DNA of 63,597 nucleotides, the filler included, from Pelomyxa schiedti (taxonomy: Eukaryota > Protista > Evosea), in the NCBI GenBank assembly GCA_020536535.1. It is 14 parts of 14 records of this genome, joined end to end, with 100 filler letters (N's around TTAATTAATTAA, not from the genome) between each part and the next. Parts side by side here need not be neighbours in the genome. Positions count along the whole stretch, not along the records: positions 36,722 to 53,592 come from JAHLWZ010001138.1; positions 53,693 to 54,698 come from JAHLWZ010003025.1; positions 54,799 to 55,838 come from JAHLWZ010002952.1; positions 55,939 to 58,932 come from JAHLWZ010001840.1; positions 59,033 to 60,269 come from JAHLWZ010002661.1; positions 60,370 to 62,336 come from JAHLWZ010002193.1; 8 more parts are not named here. One strand, written 5' to 3'. The translations under genes and the position numbers were made by a program. Shown in pieces: positions 48,674 to 61,008 of this stretch (position 1 is the stretch's first letter; each line of letters begins with the position of its first letter). The notes beneath the pieces were generated by a model, which saw only the letters and a list, made by a program, of their open reading frames with translations, was not told the DNA's origin and made no database searches.

Positions 48674-49723
48674 TCAAGTATTTTGTTCCGGGACTTGTTC
48701 TGGCACCTTTTCTGGTGCTTTTTCTCGTTCTTGTTCTTGTTGTTGGTGATTTTTCAGTGCTTCAAGGAAGTCTTCTAGAGCACCAATGATTGAAGGTACC
48801 CAGAGGTTTTCAGTCAGAGAGTGCTTTTTGCAAAAATCAACAGACATCTTTTCAAGGTCATCTTCCTTTTGGAAGGGTTAGAGGGAATTTTGGATTTTAA
48901 AGAAAAAGGTTACAGGAGTAGGACGCAAGTAGGCAATCAGATTTTCAGTCTCAATCTCTATGGCTACCCCTAGAAGTTGTTAGATATTCCCAAGTGGAAG
49001 TGGGGAGGTACCCTTGTCAAAGTCGTAGTCTTCATCTTCCTCATTCTCTCCGTCTGCCGTTTCGGAATGTTGTGTTGGTAGTGAGTTGGAAGCCAATGGT
49101 TGTTCTGGTTGCTTGCCGGTTGGGACAGAGTCAGGGAGCTGTGTTGTGCTTGAAGCGGGTTGCGCTTGAGTGGATGTAGTATCCGGTGTCTGAGTTTGTG
49201 GTGTTGTAGCATCCACAGAACATTCTGTAGTTGGACTCTTTGCTGAAGTAGTAAGTTGTGAAGAAGCAGCAGCAGTAGTCGAAGTGCCATCCGCATCCAC
49301 ATTCAATCCCGAAGCTTTATTCTCAGCAGCCGCGGATTCCGCACTGGAACCCAGAACCGGAACCGTCGGCACTTGCGCAGTCGTCTCCAACGGCGTGGGT
49401 TCGGCAGTGTGGTCAGGTTCCCTCTTGGGAGTGAGGCCCGGCACGTGCCGCACGGGGGCCCTGCCCCTCCCTCCCCCCCTCGCCCTCGTGGCCCCTCCCC
49501 TCACGCCATCCCCCCCGCGTCCTCTGGCCGCCTCTCCCACTCCCACTCCCCCTCCTCCTCTGCGGTCTCTTGCTGGGCCGCCCCCGTACGATCCGCCGGG
49601 GAGATACACACTCTGGCCCGGGGGTATGACCCCGGGCGTGTAGATCGACGTGGCGCGCCCGCGCGACGACGGCGGGTATCGACCCCTGGGGTTGTACCCC
49701 GACGGCTGCGGGGGCATCATCAA
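48674..49723 (-). CDS. Hypothetical protein with RGG/Pro-rich N-terminus and small C-terminal domain
   Basis: 247-aa ORF plus two downstream exons ending VPEQNT*. Confidence 0.6.
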
Positions 49724-49847
49724 GCTTGATTTTTCTTCTCAAAAACTGAGAATGGGGGATGAGTACGACATAGTGGTGTACGAAGACTACCCAGGTGTGC
49801 AATTTCTAGCCAACTCGTACCGGCGCTCAGTATTATAATAATGCCCA

Positions 49848-52786
49848 CTACCCACAAACCAAGGTGCTCCGCCACCAGCCACAACAACAACAACCAACAC
49901 GGAATACAGAAATACCGAAAACGAGAAACGGAATCCCTCCAAGTTCATCTTCGTGAGCCATCTTTTTAATTTTTAGGAACAGTTAAAATTGTGTCACTGG
50001 GAGTTAAATACACGTGTTAGTTCCGCTATGACTTCTTCCATTCGTTCTCGGTCATTGGAGTCAATCACCCATATGCAAGCTGTTGTATTTTGGTAGTCTG
50101 TGCGCTGAGATTAGTGGGAATCCGGCACTAGAACTACTTACAATGCCTCCACAGGGGTCTAATTTTATCCTCTGCATTTTTTTTTTAATTACAGGTACTT
50201 TTAATTTTTTTTAACATGCCTCCCCCGCAATCCTGGATAGGAATGTAAGTGGTTGACACATAACTAAAATATGGAAAGAAACCCAAGAAATAATCTTTAT
50301 GTTCTTGGAATACTGTGATGTCTCAATATCTACAGTTCATATGAAATTTCATGGAAAGAAAAGTAAGTGCGAACTGAATCCAATTGTAGGTATCGTGGTC
50401 TCTGGTATAATCTTCAGTTTGTAAAGAATCGTAGTTTTCCCTGAAGTCATTAAGGAGAACAGATAATCATAAAACTGTGGTGCCTGCTGCATCTAGTCCA
50501 TGCATAAGTATCCGCATCTCAGGATACGAGGAAATCATCTTAGATGTTGATGAACCCCAACCTATCTTGGCAAGAAAAGATCCAAAGAAGCCTGTATTCT
50601 CAGGCTGGGGGACTGTCTTTACCTTTTTTACAAGTTCCATTGCTTTACTGTGTACACTTAGAAATCGTCAACACAAAAAGAATTGACTTCGATCCAAAGG
50701 CATTCTTCCGAAGTCTCTTGGTTTCCCGGAGAGCAGTGAAAAAGTGCTGTTTCCAATTCTCAGATTTGCTTAATACACTGTGGTGAGGAGGTTTCTTTCC
50801 AACAAATAAGACACACACCATATCTGAATGGAGCCTATAGATTTTTGAATCCGGGGGTCCCATTTTTCTTTGAGATATAAGTCCTGCCATATCCTATTGT
50901 CCGATGCTACAAAGAACATAGCACGGCATGTTTGCGAGACTGAGCAAAGTGCTTCATAATCAAGCAATCCAATGATCATACTTAAGGAAATAATCCAATG
51001 AGTGGTGGAATTTTAAAGTGACTGGGAGGTCTATTTTACGCACAGTAAGACATCAATGGGACATGTACTAAAATTTCCTTTTTTAGGTCAGAGGAGAGTA
51101 AAAAAAAAAAGAATAAAATCTACCAAGGGATATGAGAGAGGATATCCCTCCACTTAAAACCGGATTGGTACAAGGAATATCCTCCTCAACAACACATGCA
51201 CTAGAAAGCCAGCCACATGCAATGGCCAATATATTTTTATTTGCCAGTAATGGTACAGCCGTAGGAGTGTTGCGGTCGACTTGATCTCCAACACCTTAAG
51301 GCAAGTAAGGTCAACGGAGGAATCATGAAAAGAAATGTTACCAAGCTGTCCTTGATCATTTGAACCCCAGGCAAAAAGAATCCTGGTCTCACTCAGAGCA
51401 AGTGAATGTGCACTACCGTATGCACCACCTGCAGCAATTTGGCTGATGCGCTCAGATTTTAGAGATAAAACAGGTTTTGGAAGATTGCTATTGATATTAT
51501 CCCCGGTTCCAAGTTGTCCCTTCCTTGGAGGAAAGTGAAGAACACCCTTAGGAGGTAAAATCCACACTTATTTTCGCCAAAGGCAAACAACGATCCTGTG
51601 TCTGTTGCAACGAGGGAGTGTTTATCACCACACGCAACTCTGGTTACTCTCATTCCGTTGAAGTAAGATACTACTTTTGGAGAGGAGTGAGAACACTATG
51701 GAAGAGTCAGTTGGGGAAAGATGGTTGTGATAACCTCATCACCGTGTCCTAGTGAGGCCATCAAAATCATTGTCAAAATACAACAGTTGTAAGTTTTGTT
51801 TTATACCGAGTTGGCCTTGGATTCCAGAACCCCAGCTGTATAGCTGCCCGTTATCCGCAACTGCTAGTGAGTGCTTCCCTCCTGCCGCCACGAACGAAAT
51901 GTGAATTTCAGGTTCGAAGTTGCAGGGGACAAATTCGAATCTTTGTCCCATTAATTGTAAAGCCAAAAGTCAGAAAATACAGTTAACCTTTCTTTGGAAT
52001 CACCAACACCAAGCTGGCCCATCTCATTTTGCCCAATGGCGCGCAGTGCACCAGTGTTCGAAACAACTAAAGTGTGGAGTGCACCAGCAGCTATTTGTAC
52101 TGGTATTTGATCTGCGGAAAAGTAAGTTCTTGAAAGTTGCGGAAATATAGAAACCAATGTAAAATTGAGCAGGTTGCAACAATGCAACGCGGGCAATACG
52201 AGAGGGATTACTAAATGTTGGAGAGTCAAGGTCCCATCTACATGCACACTGATCACTTGAAGACATTGCCCAGGTACTTAGAGCCCCACACGAAACACTT
52301 GGTGTTGGGTGAGGATTACAAAATTTTTTTTTGTTTGTTTGTTAGATTACGGAAAGAAGGAAACAAAAGGGGGCACACTGGGTACCTTGTAGTTTTAGCA
52401 GAACCGAAAACCAGCCACTCAGGGGCACCCGTGGCATACAATCCCCCCCACGTGAATACCTGCCCATCGATCACTGCCGCCATGTGCCTATCATATCATG
52501 ATTTGTTAATTACAGCGGCACTTTCCCCCGCACCCATAACAGAAAAACCACAGGGGGGGGGGGGGGGGGGGGGTGGCCACGCGCATACCCGCCGCCGCAG
52601 GATATCCCCGTGATCCTGCGTGTTGCCCCAGAGATGCCATCCACGACCACCGGCTCGCTCCGCCCCGCCCCCCGTGGATGACGACGAGCCCAGCTGCCCG
52701 TGGCTCCCGCACCCCCACGTGTACACGTTGCTCGTGCATGCCCTACTAGTAGAACTACTCGCACGCGCAGGTCCTTGCTGGCTCAT
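49848..52786 (-). CDS. RCC1 repeats + F-box + ARF-like GTPase fusion (ARF apparently truncated; 3' end uncertain)
   Basis: VYTWGCGSHGQLG and further RCC1 units; IIGLLDYEALCSVSQTCR...[59 protein letters not shown]. Confidence 0.8.
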
Positions 52787-52922
52787 GGAAAACCCGCTCT
52801 CATTTTCCCACCCCAATCGCATTCCCCTGGACGCAATGGCGGAATAAAAAAAAACTAGGCGATAACGGAAATGGCTGCGTTCGTCGTCGAGCAATTTTCT
52901 CCGAATCAAAAACTTGGAAACC

Positions 52923-53300
52923 ATGTTTTCGTGGTTCAAGTCACTCAGGGGGCCACGTGTGGGACCCGATGAGTGGTTCGTTGCCGCGCTTGCTGGCGAC
53001 ACCGACGCACTGCGGCGTATGCTGGCCGGCGACCCCGACCTGCTAAACTCTGTAACCGACGAACGACAACGAGTGGTGTGAATGCGTGACAACTCTTTTT
53101 TTTTGTTCACACGATAGTAATCGTTTTGCGCGGGCACACACACACGCAGACAGCGTTGCATGCAGCCACGTGGACAGGGAAACCACAGTGCGTTGAGTTC
53201 CTGTTGTCACAGAATGTCGATGTCAATTCTCAGGTTTAAGGGCCCTTACTTTGAGGCGCTCACTCACAAACTTGTATCTCTCACTTCACAGACTGTGTGT
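52923..53300 (+). CDS. Ankyrin-repeat protein, 3'-partial
   Basis: WFVAALAGDTDALRRML...TALHAATWTGKPQCVEFLLSQNVDVNSQ; divergent from the RCC1 gene, ~135 bp apart. Confidence 0.75.
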
Positions 53301-53365
53301 AATACTATCCTGATCATGCTTTCACTTCCTTTCCTCTAAAAACTAATCCAGGGGGAGCCTGTACG

Positions 53366-53591
53366 TTTTTATTGCGTTTATTCATCAATTTCTGACTTGC
53401 TTCAATTTCTCTCTCTTTGCTTCTCTCTGTGCAATGTTTAGGATGTGTGTAACTTCTCCCAACCCTTTTTCATTGCGTTTATTCATCAATTTCTGACTTG
53501 CCTCAATTTCTCTCTCTTTGCTTCTCTCTGTGGAATGTTTAGGATGTGTGTAACTGCTCCCAACCCTTTTTCATTGCGTTTATTCATCAAT
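53366..53591. repeat. 101-bp tandem repeat (>2 units) running into the scaffold end
   Basis: ATTGCGTTTATTCATCAATT at 53371, 53472, 53573. Confidence 0.9.
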
Positions 53592-53692
53592 TNNNNNNNN
53601 NNNNNNNNNNNNNNNNNNNNNNNNNNNNNNNNNNNNTTAATTAATTAANNNNNNNNNNNNNNNNNNNNNNNNNNNNNNNNNNNNNNNNNNNN

Positions 53693-54698
53693 GTTGCTGA
53701 AGGGGATGTGTCACTGCAATCCCAGATATCCAACACCTCTGCGCTCTTGTGGTGAATGCTGAACAGTGATCCACTCACTTGTGTCAGAACTCCTGCTCCA
53801 ATTTCAGAGTAAAGCTGGGTTGTGTCCCCATTTGCCTGGACTGCATACACCAAGCTCGGGATGGTTAATTGAGTCCGTGAAGCGACCTCAAAAACGAACA
53901 CGGTGTCACCAGGTCTGTTTCGCATCACAAGAATATCACCCATGCAGAAGTCATTCAGCCACTCTGGTGTCACTGCACCACACCGAGTCGTGCTCACTAC
54001 TTGCGGGCTCCTTGTGGCATAAGTTTTGGCAACATCAAACACCACTATTGAAATGCCAGGCTCAGCTCCAGCATCTCCCATCATCACCGAATGTGATGCC
54101 GTAGCTTTGCAGAACTCAAACAACCTTCCAAAGAACCGATACTCAGGGAGCTGTACCACAACCGCCTCTGCCGTACCCGCCTCTCCCCTCCTCGCTGCCG
54201 TCGCCATCAACACCAACACCCCCGAGGCTCCTCACAATCACCGAGTATCCAGGGCAGTCGCGCGTCCTCTGCATCATCCACTCCCGGTTCGCAACGTACG
54301 CCTCCATGTGGTGCTTGTTGGGGATCAGGCACCTCTCCCGCCCGATCCACCCAAGGCCCTGCGGCCCCGTCCGCCGAGCCACCACCGCGACCCTCCCGCC
54401 CGGCGTGCTCCGCCACATGCAGCACAGCGTCTGGTCCAGCCACTGGCAGTGCTTGATGGTGTTGCCCTGCGTTTCTCGCTCCCTGACGCGCACTGGGCCG
54501 ACGAGCCCCAGCAGCAGCGGGGACAGGGTCAGCCTCACGAAGACGGTGCGGCACGGACCGAGGAACGTGGACGCGGAAGACGGGTCGGCTTTCTCGGCTA
54601 GGATGTCCAGGACCACGGGGCGCAGGCAGGCGAGGACGCACGAGTCCCACAATTGCTTGAGCCTTTCATTCTCGCGGAGGAGGTGCATGTGGGTCTCG
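53693..54698 (-). pseudogene. Member of the intronless lineage-specific family, partial, with a frameshift near 54210
   Basis: QLWDSCV, LSPLLLGLV, ANREW, VFDVAKTYAT, LFSI...LDIWDCSDTS across two frames. Confidence 0.55.
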
Positions 54699-55399
54699 NN
54701 NNNNNNNNNNNNNNNNNNNNNNNNNNNNNNNNNNNNNNNNNNTTAATTAATTAANNNNNNNNNNNNNNNNNNNNNNNNNNNNNNNNNNNNNNNNNNNNTA
54801 TGCAGGTATGGGAGAAGGCAGCAGAGATGAAAGCCTAATACACCCCAGCCTCTCCTCACCTCTTATTCTTTGCCTTCCCAGCTCCAATTCTTTACCTTCC
54901 GGCTCCAATTCTTTGCCTTCTGGTTCTTATTCTTCCCCTTCCTTCTGCCCCTTCAGGCTCCTATTCTTACCCTTTCGGCTCTTTTGGCTCCTTTATCACC
55001 TCTCCTGGCTTGCACTTACCCCCTCTCAGTTCCCTCCTGCCCCATAATGGTGCCCCCATAGCTCTCCTGGATCCCTCCCATCTTCTGGCACTCTCAGTAC
55101 CTCTTCCCACTCATATAGACAGTCAGGGAGCACTACAAGGCCCACAAGAGTCTCCCCATTCCACACAATACCATGAAAACCAAAACTTGTGATGGGAAAA
55201 AAAACTTTTTTTTTTTTACCAAGTTGTTTTATTGAAGCCACTCTAACCCAATCAGTAATTCCAAGTGCAACTGTGTGATTCGACTTGAAAATCCCAGAAC
55301 TTCTCAATTAAATTCAGGTCTGGGGACTGGGGGATTCTCCCGTGTTTTGCCACGCGGGAGAATTGGGGATCTTGACCCACCTCGTCCTGTCCTCTTCTG

Positions 55400-55838
55400 C
55401 ATTGGGAAAAAGAAGGGGGTGCTTGCTGATATTGGCCCAGTTCATGCTGGTGATGCCGTTCACGTACAGAGTGGAAAGATTTGACAGTATGGTCAAACGC
55501 TCGGGCTTGTTTCACTCAATGGAGTGCACAATGACAGTTGGATTCTTTGGTGTCAATTGTGCAGTGGATGAAAGGTACACAGAGAGGACTGGGTGGTTGG
55601 CTAACTCCACAAAAACATTGAGTTTCTGTTCAAGAGCGCATAAAACCGAAGGGTAAAATAGAACGCTGCACCTTACATTCTTCCACCAGTAATCTGCCCC
55701 TGGGGGTTCAGTCATACATTTGCCGTACACCGTGGAGATCATCGGGATTTTCGGATGTGGTGCAGGAGAGAGTCCTTCCAACTCGTGAGGCAACTGCTCT
55801 TTGATTGGTTCTGTTTGGTAACTGTGGAATGCATTTTG
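55400..55838 (-). pseudogene. Type I PKS/FAS acyltransferase C-terminal fragment with internal stop
   Basis: PKIPMISTVYG...ADYWWKNVRCSVLF...VFVELANHPVLS...HSIE*NKPERLTILSNLSTLYVNG...NW. Confidence 0.75.
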
Positions 55839-55938
55839 NNNNNNNNNNNNNNNNNNNNNNNNNNNNNNNNNNNNNNNNNNNNTTAATTAATTAANNNNNN
55901 NNNNNNNNNNNNNNNNNNNNNNNNNNNNNNNNNNNNNN

Positions 55939-57192
55939 GCTGCGATGTGATGTCGACGCAATCAGGTGGTGGCCTGATGGTGACCCAATGATCTGCGTGC
56001 AGGCCCAAGTGCAGGGCACACACAGCGATGGATTTGTGAGCTTCTGGTTGATGTGGTTACCAGTGTGGTACACTTGCAGCTTGTGGAGGTCTTCCCTGTC
56101 AACAATGAGGATGTGACTTGCCCCAATGGGAATTACAATGGAGTCAATTGGGAGCAGGTAGGTCATGCAAGTGGTGGGGTCAACAAGGGTTCTCCGCCCT
56201 GGTGATCCCTGCAATGTGCACACGGTACCATCAGGCATCCACAGCAAACCCTTGGGGTTGCCCTCGATGCTCTCTATCTTACCTGTTACCGCGAGAGACT
56301 GGGTGTTGAAGCTGGCACACAGGTCAACGAGAGTGACAAACCGAGCACTGAATACCATCACTACATCATCACTGAGTGGGGAGAACTGAAGCAGGCCTCT
56401 ATCTATCCCAGGGAGCTTCCTGACTGGCTCAGTTGGCAATCCTCCAACCACTCTCATCAAGGAAAGGGTGGATTCACCTTCAAACCCAGCAATCCATTTC
56501 GTGTTTCCCACGCTTACTGATCGAAGGGAGGCAATGGCAATGGACGGATCACTCGCATTCACAACGCTGCACTGAATGCCTTCCCACCGGGTGTCACAAC
56601 CACACAGCAGCTTTCCCTCACCCAAACACCCAAACAGTTGCATGTTCCGGTCACATGTCAACAAGTAGCTTTCAACCACGGCAAGGGTTGGAGACACAGC
56701 CACGTACAGGCTGTACCTCATCCTCCTGATTGGGTTCTCACTCCTGTCCTTGGGATCACGTCCAAGTGCCAGTGGCAGGTCGAAAACCACTTCTCTGGCA
56801 GGAGTCAGCACCCAGTCGTTGGCCCACATCCTGAACAAAGCAGTTTGTGTCCATTGGGACAGTGTAGTTGTTGTTTCTGTTTCTTCTGATGAGTTTGGTT
56901 TTGTTGAGCCTGTGGTTGTTGTTGTTGTGGCTGATGCTGTTGCTTTTGGTTGTTGTTGTTGTTGTTGTCGTGCCGGTTGGGGATTGGAACGGTGTTTTCT
57001 GCCACGGCGGCGACGTCGTAGTTGTGGTTGTGGTTGTGGTTGTGGTTGTGGTTGTGGTTGTGGGTGGGTTTGTGGCGGGAGCTGTTTGGGTCGGAGGGCT
57101 ATTATGGGCGCGCAGCAGAGTGCAAGGAGTTGGGACCTGGCGGTGGTCGTGGAAGGCAACACCTTGCTTGATGCAATTGCGGTCCTCATCAA
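55939..57192 (-). CDS. Intronless lineage-specific family protein, paralog of 17924-19225, 3'-partial
   Basis: Long open frame with shared motifs; exact start codon unclear. Confidence 0.75.
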
Positions 57193-57484
57193 GTATTGTT
57201 ATTGTTGTGTTGGTGGATGAGCAGATTTGTTGCTGGAGAATTTGTGTGACCTGAGTGTGGCCATATGGCGAGCTTGACTGTCAATGAAGGTCATCAACGC
57301 TAAGTCACGTTGATTGTTCATTCATCCTCGGGTTCCAATCATAGAAACTCCGGAAACATCGGAATGGAAGATCAGATCCGTGGTTCTCTGAAAGACGGTC
57401 TCTCCGAAAAGGGAAGGTACGCCCAAAGCCACACATCAGCCTCCAACAAAATACCACACCAAACAAATACAACCATCAACACAC

Positions 57485-58932
57485 ATGTTCCCAAAGCCGC
57501 GCGCAAAGCAACGTGTGAGCAAGGGCCTTTGTTTGCGAGGAGGCCAAGAAAATTCACAAGAAAATTCGCAAGAAATCCGTTCGCGCTCGACATCGGCTCC
57601 CGCTCCCGTACGGCGCAACCGGAGGATCGCTCTGTGCTCAGGATTCAACGAGGACACCGACGTCTCGAAGTGGCTGCTCGACAAACTCGCGGGGTGGTCC
57701 GCGGCGTCGCCGGGGATTGTGGGACCGTGGATCCGCGGTGTGTGCGATGGGCTGTCGCACACGGCGAACAAACCCATAACGATGAAGCGGCTGTGCGACG
57801 CGGTGGGTGCCGAAGCCGACGCGTTCTTCAGGCCCAACGGCGACGGCTCCCTCTCGAGGAAATACGACCCTCACTCGTGGTATGTTCCAACAACACAATA
57901 ACGCACGCAACCCAGCACTTTAAATTGTGGGAGAGATTTTCTTAAGGTGTATTTTGGTTGCATTTTGTATCTTTTTTATTATTATATAACCACTTTAAAG
58001 GGTTCATTACCGAGAGAGCCGGCCACCAAACAAGCTTCTTGGGAGACCTTTATTTTGCATCCCACTGCAAACGATATATTCGTGTGCTTGTTTCCTTGTT
58101 TCCGCTCTTGAACGAGGCTCCACTGATACTGATGAGGACGATCCTGATGGGAACAAGAGATTCCTTGCTTTCTCGAGGTCATTTGATGTCTGTGTGGGTT
58201 ATTCTGCCGGGCAAATGGCGTCATCTGCCATCCTCAAATCAGGTTCCGCAGAATCCCTTTTGTTACGCCGGGAACCCTGACGTTTTCTCTAAATGCAGAT
58301 TCAGTAGCCAAATTTCAAGCCATGTGCTTAGACTGCGCCAGAAGAGGACTTCGTTTGACCCTTGCAATCCTTGAGGCACACAACAAACAGTGGGGGAAAG
58401 AAGTGATGTCCAAGAGTTGGATGTGCATGTTCAAGGTTCCAGTTGCCACGCTTGAGAAGCACATTGAAGCTGTGAATTCCGAGTTCCCCTCAACACCACT
58501 TTTTGTGACCATCAGGTTGACACCCACCCAGTCAGTTGTCTCTGGTTTGTACCACTTTGCCCTATATTCTTCTCTGATTCATTGGTTTCCAGGTCACCCG
58601 ACTCCTCTGGCAAAACTTCAGAGTCTTTTTCCTCCACATCAAGTCAAAGTTCTGCCAGTTACAGAGGGCTTCCATGCACCGTTTTATCAAACCGAAGCTT
58701 TGAAAAATTTCCTTGCTGGCGTCCCAGACACAAAGTATTCTCTCTGGAATCCTGTTCCAAACAGTGCCGCATTTATCAGCACGAGTTTAAATGCAGACAC
58801 ATCCCAGGTTATTTACACCTTCCCTCCCTCTTTATCTTGGTTGGCACTTAACATATATTATGTGAAGTGGGACACACATCCTTATTGCGATCAAGTTCAT
58901 GTGGACTCAATGGGACACCTGATCAATTGGCC
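57485..58932 (+). CDS. Acyltransferase (SAT/MAT-like) domain protein, probable N-terminus of a FAS/PKS-type enzyme, 3'-partial
   Basis: VCVGYSAGQ (GxSxG nucleophile elbow), SVVSGHP, LPVTEGFHAPF, INW. Confidence 0.65.
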
Positions 58933-59032
58933 NNNNNNNNNNNNNNNNNNNNNNNNNNNNNNNNNNNNNNNNNNNNTTAATTAATTAANNNNNNNNNNNN
59001 NNNNNNNNNNNNNNNNNNNNNNNNNNNNNNNN

Positions 59033-60269
59033 CATTGGAGCCACACCCAAACATCAACCGATACTTCTGTCACTTCACAGACCGCATCCCACAAGAGTAT
59101 TACAACCACCTCCCACCAGCCGCCAAGGAGCTGGCCTTCGACCCAGTTCAGAACAGGATGCATGCGTGCGTGTGGGTTGTCCTTGAGCATCACTCTGAGA
59201 CATTGGAACAGTTCCTGACCCACTTCAACACCACCACTTCTCCAAACAAACTCTCCCCCCAAACAACTACACCGTGGCCCATTGTTCACAAGTATTCAAG
59301 GGATATCTGTGCTGCTCTTGTGCATCTTTTCGTGAACCAAACCATTCACTTTGACATCAAACTGGACAACATCGTTGTCTCTTCGGTGTGTTGTTGTTCC
59401 CCCATCTCATTTTGCCCTTCCCCACAAACTCAAACACACCCACTCAAACAACAACAGAACAAAGAACAAGTGATTCTGATTGACCTTGGCTGTGCAACAA
59501 AATTTCCAAGAGCCAACTCCAAAAGAAGGCCATTTGAGAGCAAAACACAGTCTGTAATTTCAGCAACAGGGAACCAAAATCACAGAGCACCTGAGATCAT
59601 CAATGGAATTGCACAATACAGGCAGAACCCTGATCACTCTTCAACACTGTGCTGTGACAAGGTATTTTTGATTAAAACTTCGTCTCTCACATGAACAAAA
59701 CGCAGCAACCATCATTTGAACTTGGATGCATCCTGTTTGAGCTTGCCATGTGTGGGAAACACCCACTTCCAGGATACCCTGGTGGTTATGGCCCAAGCGG
59801 AAAGGTCACTTTCTCATTTGAGAGTGAGGAGCTGTTCCCCATGAAACCACCACAATTCCCAAAGGAGTTCTGTGACCTTGTTCGTTCGTTGCTGCAGTGT
59901 GACCCTGAGAACAGAATGTCTCTCTTGGACGCATTCAATGTTCTGTTGAACATTGAGTCACCAAGCCCTTCTGAACTCCTCTCGTTTTACTCTTGTGTTG
60001 TTCCCCTTACAGATGATGCAGGTTGCAATACCTTTTAATTCCCACCATACTTTTTCCACTGACATGCAAACTCCCATTTGCAGGAACACTGACAAGCAAA
60101 GCAACATGTCAGATTCTTTGTGGTTCCTCCACAGAAGACTGTGTTGACACCCTCCACAAAGCACTTGATGTTGATCCCCTCTTTTCACCTGCTTTGCTGC
60201 TTCTGCATTATCTCTCTTTTTGCAACCAGCCTCAGAAGACTGACAGTGGTCATCAACAGGCAGCAGTTG
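59033..60269 (+). CDS. PINK1-like protein kinase, partial
   Basis: PHPNINRYFCHFTD + insert, IHFDIKLDN, IDLGCA, GNQNHRAPE, KQPSFELGCILFE. Confidence 0.7.
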
Positions 60270-60369
60270 NNNNNNNNNNNNNNNNNNNNNNNNNNNNNNN
60301 NNNNNNNNNNNNNTTAATTAATTAANNNNNNNNNNNNNNNNNNNNNNNNNNNNNNNNNNNNNNNNNNNN

Positions 60370-61008
60370 AGAAAAGGTGTGGGCGACACGCACCATTGCT
60401 CCCATGAGCAATGGCCCTGACAAGCCTGAAGTTGGCAGCCACGACGACGCTGCCCGTCGCCGCCATGAGCTCCTGCACCACCATCTCCATCCATTTTTTT
60501 TGATTGGTTTTTGGTGTGTGGGGCACTTTTTCCTGGTCTGGGTGCTCTCTGGCAGAGAATCGAATAGGGGCCGCACCCCGACTGCTCCTCTACTGTACCT
60601 CTGGAGTGGGTTGTCGGGCAGAACGAACTGGAAGAGAAATTTGAAAACGTAGCCAACGTGGGCTTCTAGCCACCACAACAGCACGCACTTCAACCACCTC
60701 AACCACGGGGAAACTTGGGACCACCCCCATCTCCACGGTTTCCACCGCGTCGTCCTCGTCGTCTTCGTCGTCGTGGGCGGCGGGCACGGCCGGGCCTGCT
60801 GCGGCCCCGCCGTCGGTGGTGGGGCACGAGGGGTTCGTGTCGGCGGTCAAGCAGCGGGACGGGTTCTTCGCTGGGCTCGGGGCGGGGACGCCGGGCAGGG
60901 TGCAGGAGCTCATGGCGGCGACGGGCAGCGTCGTCGTGGCTGCCAACTTCAGGCTTGTCAGGGCCATTGCTCATGGGAGCAATGGTGCGTGTCGCCCACA
61001 CCTTTTCT
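60370..61008. repeat. Perfect 110-bp inverted repeat (60370-60479 / 60899-61008)
   Basis: Exact reverse complement covering the end of the first kinase exon and the intron start. Confidence 0.9.

Noticed and set aside
55512-55514. Second Sec codon or genetic-code reassignment
   Set aside because: Not a Cys-aligned position, no SECIS seen, and TGA ends many normal genes in this window
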